Shown one piece after another: positions 13,385 to 24,313 of a DNA stretch of 64,000 bases. Numbering within the stretch: position 1 is the stretch's first letter; each line of letters begins with the position of its first letter. Origin of the DNA: Rhizodiscina lignyota. Taxonomy: Eukaryota. A program made the translations under genes and the position numbers. The stretch lies in assembly GCA_010015805.1 (NCBI GenBank), contig ML978144.1, forward strand, positions 124,001-188,000, written 5' to 3'. A model generated the notes under the pieces. It made no database searches. It had not been told where the DNA came from and worked only from the letters and a program-made list of their open reading frames with translations.

Positions 13385-13810
13385 ATTTGTCCACCTCCCA
13401 CAACAGCGCCTTCGAATTCTCTTTGAAGACTATAGGGGATGCTTTCGCATGCTGATGTCTCCTCTTTTAAGCCATAACATCTCGTGTAGATGTGGTGGAA
13501 CAGTGGAATTGGCTGGCAGAGCAGAAGCCGCTGAGCCTCCGTCCAGTGTCGCCATTTACGCTTCCACCTCACACAACAGCGCGTTTGAATTAGTCTTTAA
13601 TATTTCAGGCGATGATTTCGCATCCCTCGAGGGCCCTTTTGACGGCATCACAACATGTACCCGTGGTGGTTGAATGGTGGGCTTGCTCGAGGGGAGCGAG
13701 CGCTCAACTGACTCGACGGCCCAGATCTTAGCCATCGCCCTCCACAACGGCGCCTTCGAGCCATCCTTTAAAATTCCATACGAGGATTTCGCACCCTCCG
13801 ATGTCCATTT
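13385..13810 (+). repeat. Three degenerate ~172-bp tandem units (probable relic of a repeat-protein gene)
   Basis: cacaac(a/g)gcgc(c/g)tt(c/t)ga cores start at 13399, 13572 and 13743. They translate HNSAFEFSLKTIGDAFA, HNSAFELVFNISGDDFA and HNGAFEPSFKIPYEDFA, with stops and frameshifts between them. Confidence 0.7.
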
Positions 13811-14339
13811 CTACAACATTATAGTCCCCATAAAGGTCAGGGAGTGGTAGAGCTGCGAGTGGTATGTCCGAGCGAGCTTATTGCTAGACACAACCATCGA
13901 CCCCAGGTACCACAAATTGTAGCTATAGAAGTGCAGGAAACCCGAGATACACTCCTAGCTAGAAATGTATCAATAGACAGTGATTCCTGTGAGAAATATT
14001 AGCATGCCATGCTGAAGAGTTCCCTAAACTTGTCCTCTGTGACGCCATTCACCACCCCCCTCCCCAAAACAAAGCGGATGGCTCCGACCTTCCGCCTTTT
14101 TGTGACATCCGCCACACAACTGAACACCACCACCACAATTATAAACCTACGTTAGGGTTCTTTTCCTTCCTTTGTTAACCTCACTCACCTACTTGACCCT
14201 TTCAACCATACACAACCAAAAGACGGCCTCGTCCAGAGATCCAAGACCACGAAGTCCTGCAGGGCTTCTCCACCAGCCCAACAGTGCCGTACAGGGCGAG
14301 GAACAAGAAAACCACAAGAGAAGTCCAAGGGCTTTACAA

Positions 14340-16277
14340 ATGGCTTCTTCATCCGCCTCCAATCCGAGCAATGCACCGCCAAGGCCAGAGAGCGACGTTG
14401 ACAATCACACCTCGAGCACTCATGCCTTCGGTGCCTTGGACACGGGCGCATTAGGAGTCGAGTGGTGGGAGTGGAAAATCAAGGACTACAACTCTCTGGA
14501 GACGACGCATCCAGATCCTAATTACCACACATACCATATGAATCTCCTCCGCGAGTCTTTAGGCCTTCCTCTTAAGCCGGACCACTTTTATGACCCCTTC
14601 GGCGACCCCGAAGAGCTCGAACGCATTTACGAATACGCCGATAACCCGGGCGCATCACCGCCAGGGGACATCCAGACCGAGCCAAGAACGGGCAACGGAA
14701 TAGGCCCTAGGATGTCTAGGATGCCGCCAAGTGGAAAGATCATGTGGGCATACGAGAAGTATGCTGATCCTGCCAACGGGGACCTCGATGAGCTACGACA
14801 ACCGAAGCTTGTGTACGTCGACGAAGAGGGAGAGGAGTGGGAAGAAGAAAGTGAGGATGAGGAGGAAGAAGAAGATGATGGCTTTCTTGGAGAAGAGTTG
14901 GACGGCATAGGCTTAGAGGTGACAGACGATGAAGCGTACGAGACGCTCGACGAAGAGTGTGAGGAGGACAGTACAAGTGATGAATACGAGAGTGAGAGCA
15001 GTGAGGACAAGAAGCCACAAAAGAAAAAGCGTCGGACAACTCATTCCCCAGCCAACTTCTCACAAACTCGACGAGCAGTGGTCGGCTCCACGCGAGCAGT
15101 GGCCGGCTCCACGCGAGCAGCTCTTGCGAGAGCTCCTCTGTCCTCCTCCGCAGTTCCATCAAATCCTCAAGCTCAGAGCGGGAATGCGCATCTTCTGACG
15201 ACTGATATCCTAACGCCGCAAGAGTATCAAAACCGCATCAACCAGGGGGACACTCCTGAGGCGACGGAGGTCCTGGCTGGCCTAGGGGAGTTCTGGTTGC
15301 CGGTCGAGAGTCCAGATGAAGAGCCTGGTCCGGTCGACCTGGTTGCTGATTTTGGCCTCCGAGCAGACGAGCTAAGAGCCATCACGAATCGCCCGTACCC
15401 CTTCCCACACAAGCGGAGCGTTATCCAGGATCGCACGCTGTACATCAGCGGTTTGGACCAGGTCACAGAGGACAATCTCCCACCATTCATGGCTGATATC
15501 GTGGTGGACAAGGTGCAGGCGCCATACCTAAGAGACTCACACGGCAACTACCTGAAGAGCGTGCGGACCGGCCAATGCTTTCGGAACTTTGGCAACCTGG
15601 TGCCCAACGGGATCTCCAGTGTCGATGCTGGCGCCTTTTTCGCTCTCTTTGAGCACCTGGGGGCTACCTTCACCAGCGATATTATGTCCCGCGTGAATCT
15701 GACTGTATATCTTGGGGGGTCGCCCGTCAATAAATGGCGCAACAAGGCCGAGCGGTGGAGGTGCAGCTATGGAGGACTCGGTCCCAATCTGAAGTCCAAA
15801 GGCAAGAAGCCGAGCGAGAAGGCCAACGGAACGATGGACCGGCTCAAGGACAACGCAGCCCGTACCCTTCACCGCGTCGCGTGGGATGTCCATCCGGATG
15901 GTCGCCACATGCGCCAGCCACGTCCAGCCAAGATGCAAAACATGGCGGCCTCGAACTACCAGGGCCTGTGGTATGATGTGCCACCTGCTCGCGAGGTGGA
16001 CGGTGTCTTGCTCACCGTCACCAAAAATACCACAAAGTACCTGCCAAAGCTGAGCAGCTACCTGCAAGCCCATCCCAATGCCCGTGTTCTCGGTGGTGCT
16101 AGAGCTGCTGCTGCTGCTGCTGCTGCTGCTGCGGTGTCGGAGCCTGATGACGCTGAGATGGCCGAAGACGAAGACGAAACGGAGGAGGACCTTGGTGAAG
16201 AGGGTACTGATGAAGAGGGCGAGGTAATTGATGAGGCTGAGGAGGGCCCTGGCGAACAGAGCGTCTACGGCCTATGA
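14340..16277 (+). CDS. Uncharacterised family paralogue C (apparently intronless)
   Basis: Long ORF with first ATG at 14340. It has acidic tracts and an NLS-like KKKRR. The core reads VTEDNLPP...YLRDSHGNYLKSVRTGQCF...VPNGISS...G...DIMSR...RWRCSYGG...VAWDVHPDGRHMRQP. A (GCT)n poly-Ala run lies near 16103-16130. Confidence 0.85.
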   Translation: MASSSASNPSNAPPRPESDVDNHTSSTHAFGALDTGALGVEWWEWKIKDYNSLETTHPDPNYHTYHMNLLRESLGLPLKPDHFYDPFGDPEELERIYEYADNPGASPPGDIQTEPRTGNGIGPRMSRMPPSGKIMWAYEKYADPANGDLDELRQPKLVYVDEEGEEWEEESEDEEEEEDDGFLGEELDGIGLEVTDDEAYETLDEECEEDSTSDEYESESSEDKKPQKKKRRTTHSPANFSQTRRAVVGSTRAVAGSTRAALARAPLSSSAVPSNPQAQSGNAHLLTTDILTPQEYQNRINQGDTPEATEVLAGLGEFWLPVESPDEEPGPVDLVADFGLRADELRAITNRPYPFPHKRSVIQDRTLYISGLDQVTEDNLPPFMADIVVDKVQAPYLRDSHGNYLKSVRTGQCFRNFGNLVPNGISSVDAGAFFALFEHLGATFTSDIMSRVNLTVYLGGSPVNKWRNKAERWRCSYGGLGPNLKSKGKKPSEKANGTMDRLKDNAARTLHRVAWDVHPDGRHMRQPRPAKMQNMAASNYQGLWYDVPPAREVDGVLLTVTKNTTKYLPKLSSYLQAHPNARVLGGARAAAAAAAAAAVSEPDDAEMAEDEDETEEDLGEEGTDEEGEVIDEAEEGPGEQSVYGL

Positions 16278-18508
16278 AGGGTGGTGGTGGTGGAGAAGTT
16301 GGTAAGTGCCGATCATCGGGCGTTACGCAGCCTCAACACTGACTTTAGACGGGCAGAGCGAGCTAGTAAGAGGGCTGGCTAGAAGGGTAGACTGTATCCT
16401 CGGACGTCTTACGACCTTTGTGGATGCGCTTTCTTTGTTGTTGCAGTTGGATCTTTGTGCTCTGGGTGCTGCAGGGCGTGGGTGAATCACCCTCCCAGGA
16501 CAGGAAGCACTCCTTCCATTGTCGGCTGGCTTCTCGAGGCGTCTTCTCACTGTTCTTGTAGCTTTCGCATTGGGATAGATATTTGCAGTATCTGATGTAG
16601 TTGCGCATCTCGAAAGAGGTCTTCTCAATCCTCCGGAGAGTGTGGCGCTGTGGAGAAAGTGACGGGAATCTTGGCAACGGTGCAGCAAACGGCTCCACAG
16701 AAACCTTAATCCGACCTCACCTTACCCCTTTCCCCTTCTCTTTGTCATACACCATCGATAGCGTCGCCCACTTCGCTGTTTGCAGTACAAGCATCCTTAG
16801 TCGCTAGTCTCCCACTTATCTTGCACATTCTACAACTACCTACAGCGATATTCTCTTCTACGGGCCAATGCGATCGAGAGCCCAATGACCGCCTTCCAAC
16901 GGCATGGTGTCCCATCGGGGCCCTAACATCCTTCCACATCGCAAGTACACTATCTTTGTTTGTAGTAATTCATGGCCAACCCAATCGACCCTACTCTCCG
17001 TATCAGCACGGGGATTGCCGATATGCTTAACGGGAAGCGCGACCCCGGACGCTAATACAGAGATTGGAGAATATACTCAGCTGGATCTTGGCACAAATTG
17101 TTCAACAGAGCTGCCCTGGACACTTTTGGCCAGATCCTTGTGAAGTATAAAGTTTGCGACAGCCTTGTGCATACGGCAGCTATCGCATTGACTGACGATG
17201 ACCTGGCTCCCTCCTTCGAATCACAGCATTCAACATCAGCTCGACCGCCTGGGATTCACATCACGTGTGGAGAAATTTATACTATCGACACTGTGCATGA
17301 CGAACATTGCTACAAAGGACTATTAACAGTGACCGTTCAACTTCAGAGGTCCAGGGCGCGCAAGTCACGTCTCGGTTGTTCATGATAGCCAATGACAAGT
17401 CGCCAAAGACATTCTACGGAAGAGCTACTTGAGCAGGAGCACACTACCAGCTCAGTGACGGATGGGACCGCGGCTGGGGGGGCGGTGGGTAGGAATCACA
17501 TGAGCGCCGCCGTTTGAAATACCGGTAGCAAGTGGAGGAGGATGTGAAGAGGAAAGAAGATAACAAGATTGATGGAAGCTTGAACGGCACATTGGACGGA
17601 TCTAGATGAACTTACGCCAACATGCGCTTTGGTCTCTCGGAATTGTCTAGATGGCATAATCTCTTTCAGGGTCGACAGTTCAACTTGCCATGTCGTCTCC
17701 CCAAACACGACTGCACTATGTGGAGTTATTGCATTTGCACTGATACAGTCGTTCAATCTATAGTCGTGGCCTTACGATATAAAAATCTCCTCTCACTACC
17801 AATCACTCTGTAGCGCCAGAGAGTCGTCCATCCGCTACCCACGAACTCCTTGATCGCGCTTGAGAATTAGCGCTGCCAGCGAACGATCACAATTCCTTGC
17901 TTTATCATAAAATCTCATTGAGGACGACGGGGATTCTCACAGCATTCCCTCTACGTCGATCGCCGACTTTGACGAGGTATGGGGCAGAAAGAGCAGCTTT
18001 TGTATTCATTTTTGTATCTAGTTTCGGAGGTCTCGTGTGATGAACGCGGTCTCGCCAAGTGACCAGCAACAGAAAATTCGGGGGCTGGAAGATTTCAGTT
18101 ATTCTTTTGGTATCAATGCTGCACTGAATGATACTTTTTCTATTGAAGGGTCCGTGTCCTTCAATGATAATGTTAACCTCAATAGGGGATTCAACTGAAA
18201 CGCCAAGACAAGATACTCCTGACCGCCGAAACGAACAACAATAACAATGTCATTGTTCGAAACAAAGCCATTGTACATAATATTTAGGGCTACATGTTTT
18301 TGATTAATCGGAAATGTATAGTGAATAGTGAATACATGTTGGTATTGGTCAAGTTACACCTTTCACCTCACCCTATATTTTCCACTACAAGTCCGTGTAC
18401 AGACCAGAAATCTCTCATTCTCCACTCAGAATCTCCATCTGTTCAAGCCACTGTCGTCCAGGACTTGTAACATAGCACAAGCTTATCGTCTATTACGAAT
18501 CCCACAAC

Positions 18509-19777
18509 ATGGCTACCTCTCAAACTCAGCAACCGGCATCAACCCCTAAGGTTTACGTCGAGCAGCACGGTGGCACGCGCGGCATAGCCGGCAACGTTAC
18601 ATCTTTCCTTGCCGTTGACGAGTTCGTGACGATCAACAATTTACCTCCCCAGGCTGCGGTGTACGAAATGCGTTCTCTGGAGCAGCGCGCTCGCTCGCTT
18701 GGGTCTGCAGTGTGGAAAGGCACGACAAATCCTGTCACGAAGGAGCCGTTCAAAGCTGGACTTTGCCCTGGTTCGATATCCTCCGAGATTGAAGGATACA
18801 TGATCCATCTCTACCAGCTCAGAGGATTCGATCTTGCCGAAATCATCGGTCGCATACCCGTTGAGGCGTGGAGCAAAGGCCGCAAGGCACGACCGCCTAT
18901 AAGTGTCATGAAAGGCAATCTGTCCATGCGCGCTCAGCGATATCGTACGAGAGTCGGCGTCTTGGATCACTTCCCCGGAGATCTCAGAAAATATACGACA
19001 GAGAAGAAGGGATTCAAGGAAGACATGGCGAAGATCAGCCGTCTAAACGACTTACAGTTACTCTATGGAGTACATTGGGACATTCATAGCAATGGGTCGA
19101 TGTCTCAGCCCTACTTTGGCTCGCGACGTGGCGAGGGCATACCGCTCGGATTTAACCCTCCCAGGTATGCATTGCCAGAGCCAAAGGAGGTGAGCGATCG
19201 TGTGCGGAAGCTCCTCGAATCTTCGGGCCGTCGCGTGCCTACTCTGGCAGATCTCCCTGTCATTCATGCACAGATATCTTGGACTGGCCCACCGTACAAC
19301 CCAAGGCCTCAGGCACAGCCTAATCTACCCGCACCAACATCGCATCCGGCAAGACAATCCCATCCGCCCATGCCTCACAACGTAAACGACAATCGTGGCT
19401 TCACAAGCTCTGACAACAAATCAATGTCAAAGGATGAATTCTTCGCCCTCTTCGACAATGTCCCGAACAAGAAGCGAGCGCGGGATGAGCCCGTTGAGGA
19501 GGACGACTCGGACGAGGCAAACCCGTCCCACAAGCGCACCAAAGTCAGCGTTCCTACTTCAACGCCTGGCGAAGCAACTGCGAAACCTCAGGAGACTTCT
19601 GGAGGCCTTCCTAATGACACAATTAGCTCAGACTCAGTGGCGATTCCAAATCAGGACACTCTCCTTCTTGATCCGGCACTGGACGACATCTTCGAGAAGT
19701 GGGAAAAGGAGGCTAAGCTTGCGGAGGAGCTCGACAAGGCTAATGGATTCAAGGCGGTCTGGATGTTTTTGCTGTGA
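18509..19777 (+). CDS. Uncharacterised family paralogue D (intronless)
   Basis: 422-aa ORF. The core reads VTINNLPP...CPGSISSEIEGY...RGFDLAEIIGR...NLSMRAQRYR...LLYGVHWDIHSNGSMSQP...EVSDRVRKLLESSGRRVPTL. Bipartite NLS-like KKRAR...HKRTK. Confidence 0.85.
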   Translation: MATSQTQQPASTPKVYVEQHGGTRGIAGNVTSFLAVDEFVTINNLPPQAAVYEMRSLEQRARSLGSAVWKGTTNPVTKEPFKAGLCPGSISSEIEGYMIHLYQLRGFDLAEIIGRIPVEAWSKGRKARPPISVMKGNLSMRAQRYRTRVGVLDHFPGDLRKYTTEKKGFKEDMAKISRLNDLQLLYGVHWDIHSNGSMSQPYFGSRRGEGIPLGFNPPRYALPEPKEVSDRVRKLLESSGRRVPTLADLPVIHAQISWTGPPYNPRPQAQPNLPAPTSHPARQSHPPMPHNVNDNRGFTSSDNKSMSKDEFFALFDNVPNKKRARDEPVEEDDSDEANPSHKRTKVSVPTSTPGEATAKPQETSGGLPNDTISSDSVAIPNQDTLLLDPALDDIFEKWEKEAKLAEELDKANGFKAVWMFLL

Positions 19778-20766
19778 TATTACAGATTGGTTCATTCCTT
19801 GTGCTGAACATCTTTCTGTGCGATGACCCCCCGCCGCGAGGCTCCTCTTTGAAAGTTCTCAATCGGTTTGGTGCGAGGTTTCAGTTCGTTTGACATGGCC
19901 AGCATACGGCGTAACGGAAAAAATATTCAATCGACGCTGCTTTCGCAGCGTTTCATTAATGATTGCTCAAAATGTACGTACTTGATTCTTGAATTCGAAT
20001 TCATTCTATGGCGTTAGACTTCTCTTCGCGTTTCAGTATGTAGCAGTTTGAAGCCTTTAATATTTTGCTTGAGCAAGGTTCGACATGCTAATATGCCTTC
20101 CAACACCGTGAATCTATTTGATGTATGTCATCCCAGTCAAGAATCTGGACCTACCTCTGGAAACAAGCTCTCTGGTGTGCGTCTCGTTTGTCGCAGAGAA
20201 CAGGTCTAAATGCCGTTTCCTCCACGGAAACATACACTGGCCTCGGCAAGACAAGCTACTCCAGGTCGAGTTATTGGAGCTGATGTTGAGAGAAGCTTTT
20301 GCGTAACAATAGCTACACAACGGAGGTGGTCACATGCATTTTAGCTACATAAGATGTATCTGACGTTGTTTTGAAAAGATGGCTAGATGTGAATTTGACG
20401 CTCTGCTGCTGCTGAACACCTGCAAGGGCTGTAGCATACTCAAATCCAGCGCCTTTTTGATCCTGTCACTAGTACGAGCTCAGCAGCATACAGTAAACAG
20501 ACGTAATTCGTAATTATACGCACGTTGGCGCAAGCAAAGCGATCAGATTGCACCTCCGAATAGATGGCATAGCTCAGGCCTAAATGTAGCGCTGATATGG
20601 TCGAAAATGATGGCGGGGCAACAAGTGATTGATCTCTATCTGCAACAACACAAAATGTTGCTAGTGCCGGTGAAGTTTGACTGACTATGATTTCCTCTCT
20701 TGAATAGCGTTGTAAGTATTGTACATTACAATACAACGCCTGGCTCAACTTGCTTATGTGTAGAGC

Positions 20767-21314
20767 ATGAGTAGCGAGGACGTCTCCGCTGGAGCTACTC
20801 CCGGATGGCCTGTGCCGCAAGTTTTCCCAAAATGATTATAGCTCCTTGTCGACAATACTGACATCAGTACGTCAACTCTGCATAATCTTAGTATCTCATC
20901 AAGTGCATCCACTTCAAAATACAAGCAACAGAGTCTCAAATTCAACATCCAACCGTATAAAATAACAACCCCCAACAACCCCAACAACCCCATCAATACC
21001 AAACCACAGGATGCGAAGACTAGTTGGGTGCTGTGGCCTCAAAAGGGCTTAAGCAGAGAATATCAGGCAGATCTCGAGGCTAAAATCCAAGCTGTTCTTG
21101 ACGTCGGGATCAAGTTAGAAAAATGCGTCATCTTCCCTGAGGAAGAGGGGATCAGATATTGGGCGGCATCTGCCACGCGAGAGCAAGCCGAGAAAGTCAA
21201 ATCACTACCAAATGTTTGTCATCGCCGGTATTTGCATTAAGCAGTCTAAGTTCTGACGTGTGTTATCAGATGCTTACCCTCGAAGAGGAGTGCGAGGTCG
21301 GTTCCTTCGATTAA
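20767..21314 (+). CDS. Small ~146-aa protein with a C-terminal region resembling a subtilase propeptide / peptidase inhibitor I9 domain
   Basis: Exons 20767-20816, 20868-21213 and 21270-21314 total 441 nt in frame. The first intron is GC-AG (GCAAGT...CTGAC.ATCAG) and removes two in-frame stops. WVLWP...LEAKIQ...GIRYWAASATREQAEKVKSLPN.LTLEEE resembles I9-like prodomains (family call by eye). Confidence 0.55.
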
Positions 21315-22455
21315 CGACAAGCAGTGCCCACCCCATCAGTCACTCTCTTCAACGTATTGCTGGCTGCTTGTTCGATGCTACTGGGGTTTTCAACCTGAGG
21401 ACTCACCTGGGCCCTCATACACTTTTCAGACGGGTACAGCAGCCTACTCTACATGTGCTAGATGAGTTTCTGGTCATATGTCGCGGACACGTTCCTCGTA
21501 CAAGCGACATAGCGAGTTAAACATCATGATTTGGCTGTGGAGAAGATTGGATACAAAATGCCGGTGGCCTGGATTCAAGGAGTGTATATACAAAGAAGGA
21601 ACTGTCAGACTGCATATAGTTGTGACAACACGTCGATAGTGGCTCTTATCGAAGACTCAGTCCATAGCATTCTGGTACTCAACTCAGAGTCTTTTACCAG
21701 ATCAAGCCAACAGTCAAGGATGAGGCTACCTTTGGCGCGTCTGGGGAAAATGACGATCATTTCAGCGACGCGCGACGCAAGCGCACGACAGGCCTGTTTG
21801 AAGTGATGCAATTGCCTTTCAGCCCCAGCAACGCGGGCCCTCGAGGACAACTTCTTCAGTCCTCCACGAGCATTTCCTTAGGGAAAGACCAGTCCCCTGC
21901 TTTAGCGGTAGTGGACGAGCCAGAGCTTTTGACATTACTGCCCGCAAAGAGAGTGAGATCGCCAGGTGCCCAACTAGATTGAGGGAGGCAGGATAGCAGC
22001 GGTAATGTCTCTACTGCATTCAGCGCTGTGTCGCCCAGACATGCCAAGATGGTGAGTGAGTAAGGGAAATCAAATGCTCCGAGAGTTTGCGCCTAACGTG
22101 CGAGGAACCCGAAGTGAGGTGTGCTGGGTGATTAGACATCGGATATCATCAATGTCGCTCTCCTCGGCCCGTTGGTTTGGCCCAGCCATAGCAGGAACGC
22201 CCAGTTATAGCTCAGGGTAAATAACCGTAATCTCAGGTTCAAAAGACGAAATAGACTTTAGTGAGGTCTGCTTCAAACACAGTGTCTCTCGTGAAAGTTG
22301 GGGTTTCAATCAGGATATAAGTGCAAAACATACATCTCATGTCCCCTCACGTTTCTTCTGCACAACCCCCAAAAAATTGAAACTTGTAGGGCTTATAATA
22401 TATCTAAAAAAAATAGAGAACTAGTAGAAAAAAAATTATAAAATAAAAAAACAAA

Positions 22456-22591
22456 GAATAGGTCCGATCCCCCTGGGGGTCGATCCTATTCCCCAGACCT
22501 GACAGCTCTGGCCGGTGGGCCGCGGGAGGTGTGCAGGAGGAGCAAGTACAGCTCAGTTGAAGTCGGGGCTAACCCCTTGAGCCATACTGCC
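22456..22591 (-). ncRNA. GC-rich structured RNA candidate with a tRNA-like head (possible Pol III transcript or tRNA-derived element)
   Basis: A 136-nt GC island inside very AT-rich flanks. The minus strand starts GGCAGTATGGCTCAAGGGGTTAG (A-box-like), has a B-box-like GGATCGACCCC and several hairpins, and ends before a T-run. There is no complete tRNA cloverleaf. Confidence 0.45.
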
Positions 22592-22918
22592 TTTTCGATA
22601 GGTACTTAAAATTTGAATTTTGTATATATGTGTAAAACAACAATAAGAAACTTGTACCGCCAACGACGCGTTCTGCCTTAAAGTTAGCGCCCGTTAAATC
22701 CATTAGCCCCAGGATATTAAATTTATTATAACAGTTCATGCATTATAGAATGCAGGTTACCCTCTCACAATAGGCATAATACATAGACACAGACAATAGC
22801 CAAATGGACTCACAATGAGTCGCCACCCGGCCCAAGCTCCTTACACCCAGCCTCTCCAATCCTATTCAAAACTCCTCTATTCTACAGCTCTTAACCTTCC
22901 GTCTTTCCCAACTTCCGA

Positions 22919-23108
22919 CCATTACAGATCTTGATCAATTTTCTCTGCACGCCTTAACCATTATCAACCGAACCAATTCTCTCTCAAGCTCTTGACGATT
23001 ACCGACACCGATCACTCTTCCTTCCTGCTCTTGACCCGTACCGACCTCGACGAATTCTCTCTCAAGCTCCCGATCATTACCAATCTCGACCAGCTTTCCC
23101 TCAATTAG
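22919..23108. repeat. Five-unit ~39-bp minisatellite just upstream of paralogue E
   Basis: Units start at 22919, 22958, 22996, 23035 and 23074. Approximate consensus ccattaccgacctcgaccaattctctctcaagctcttga. Confidence 0.8.
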
Positions 23109-23132
23109 ATTACAAAGCTATCCAAAGTCAAG

Positions 23133-24313
23133 ATGGCCAAGTCAGTCGAGATGGCAAAATCAGTCAAGGCGGCAAAGTCAACGAAAAAGACACATGAGCA
23201 CCGATCTGCGTACAAGCAGTCAACGCTCTCGGGCAGGATTACTCGTCCAAGCAAGAAGACCAAAGGGCACCAGAAGGAGAAGAAAGCCCGTCGGCTGCGC
23301 AACAACGTTTTGAGTAGCTACAGTAAGCCAAACTCCACCGCTCTTGATCGCAACCATGTTACGAGACATTCTCCATAGCTGTTCCTCAAGGACGCGGGTC
23401 GAACAAGACAGAGTTCCTTCCAAGAGATCGAGACTTCAGTATCGACAATCTGCCTGTGCAGTTCGCAAGCCTGCGACCAAAGAAGATGGAGGGCCATGAC
23501 ACTACAGACTTCCCTCACGGCGGCGCTTACGATATGAGCTCCCGTCCAGGCAAAGAACATGAGCCTCTAAGGCCACTTCCAATCCCGCGACGCATTTGGT
23601 CAGAAGTGCAGGGCGAGTGGTTGCTCCTGTACCAGCTTTACGGAGCAGAGATGGCGGATTTCCTGGATCGTTGGAATCCCGACCAGCCGTTGCCCACGCG
23701 CAACAGGCTGAATATGCTCATGCAGCGCGTTCGCGAGCGCATCCTCATCATGGCGCCGACGGAGAGGAAAGAAGAGGTGCCGAAGAAGGACCTCGACGTC
23801 ATCAAAGGGCTCTACTTCGTCGCCCCCCACGACTTCGACGAGCAGCTCCTGCGCTCCACGAGCTGGAATCTCAGCGGTCCGATGGCCGACCGGAAGATGC
23901 AGCGACGCCGCCCAGCCGAGCTGGGCATCCATGTCAGCAAGGACGAAGAGAACTACAACGGAGAGAGGGTCGAGGCTCCTCCGTTGGAAGAGCTGAGCGA
24001 GAACATGAAGAAGATTGTCGAGAAGGCCGGCTTCACCGTCCCTACGGTGGAGGGCTTCAAGCGCGGGGTGGTCTTCAACGCCCCTGGTCGGCAGATCTTC
24101 TTCTCGTCAGACTCTCAGCGGAAGCACCATAGCGGGTGCAGACCCGGCCTTGTCGACATGGAGGAGGCAGAAGGCGTGGAGGAGGACGACGACCGTTCGC
24201 AGACGGTGGAGATGGAAGTGGAGGAGAAGGAAGAGCTGGAGTACGTGGAGTACCACTCCACGTACAACGAGGCAGAAGGATACGTCTCGTGGAAGGAATG
24301 GTGGGAGGTGTGA
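23133..24313 (+). CDS. Uncharacterised family paralogue E
   Basis: A Lys-rich exon 1 (23133-23322) and a phase-1 intron 23323-23378 lead into TVPQGRG...DFSIDNLP...LPIPRRIWSEVQGEWLLLY...GAEMADFLDRW...NRLNMLMQRVR...FDEQLLRSTSWNLSG. The tail is acidic. Confidence 0.85.

Noticed and set aside
14172..14339. N-terminal extensions given by the ORF track for C (also 25254-25486 for F and 49122-49277 for the SDR)
   Set aside because: They start at non-ATG codons or lie in pyrimidine-rich leader sequence. Downstream ATGs with good context or spliced first exons fit better.
16363..16800. Possible small spliced minus-strand gene convergent with C
   Set aside because: There are plausible splice signals but no recognisable homology or confident start, so support is insufficient.
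22456..22591. Calling the element a functional tRNA-Sec/opal suppressor because of the UCA triplet
   Set aside because: There is no 3' acceptor strand complementary to GGCAGTA at the end and no proper T-arm, so a cloverleaf cannot be completed. It is kept only as an ncRNA candidate.
22919..23108. 13-codon repeat as the RiPP precursor for the DUF3328 enzyme
   Set aside because: There is no signal peptide, no KR/RR Kex2 sites and no in-frame ATG, one unit is frameshifted, and it lies 16 kb away.
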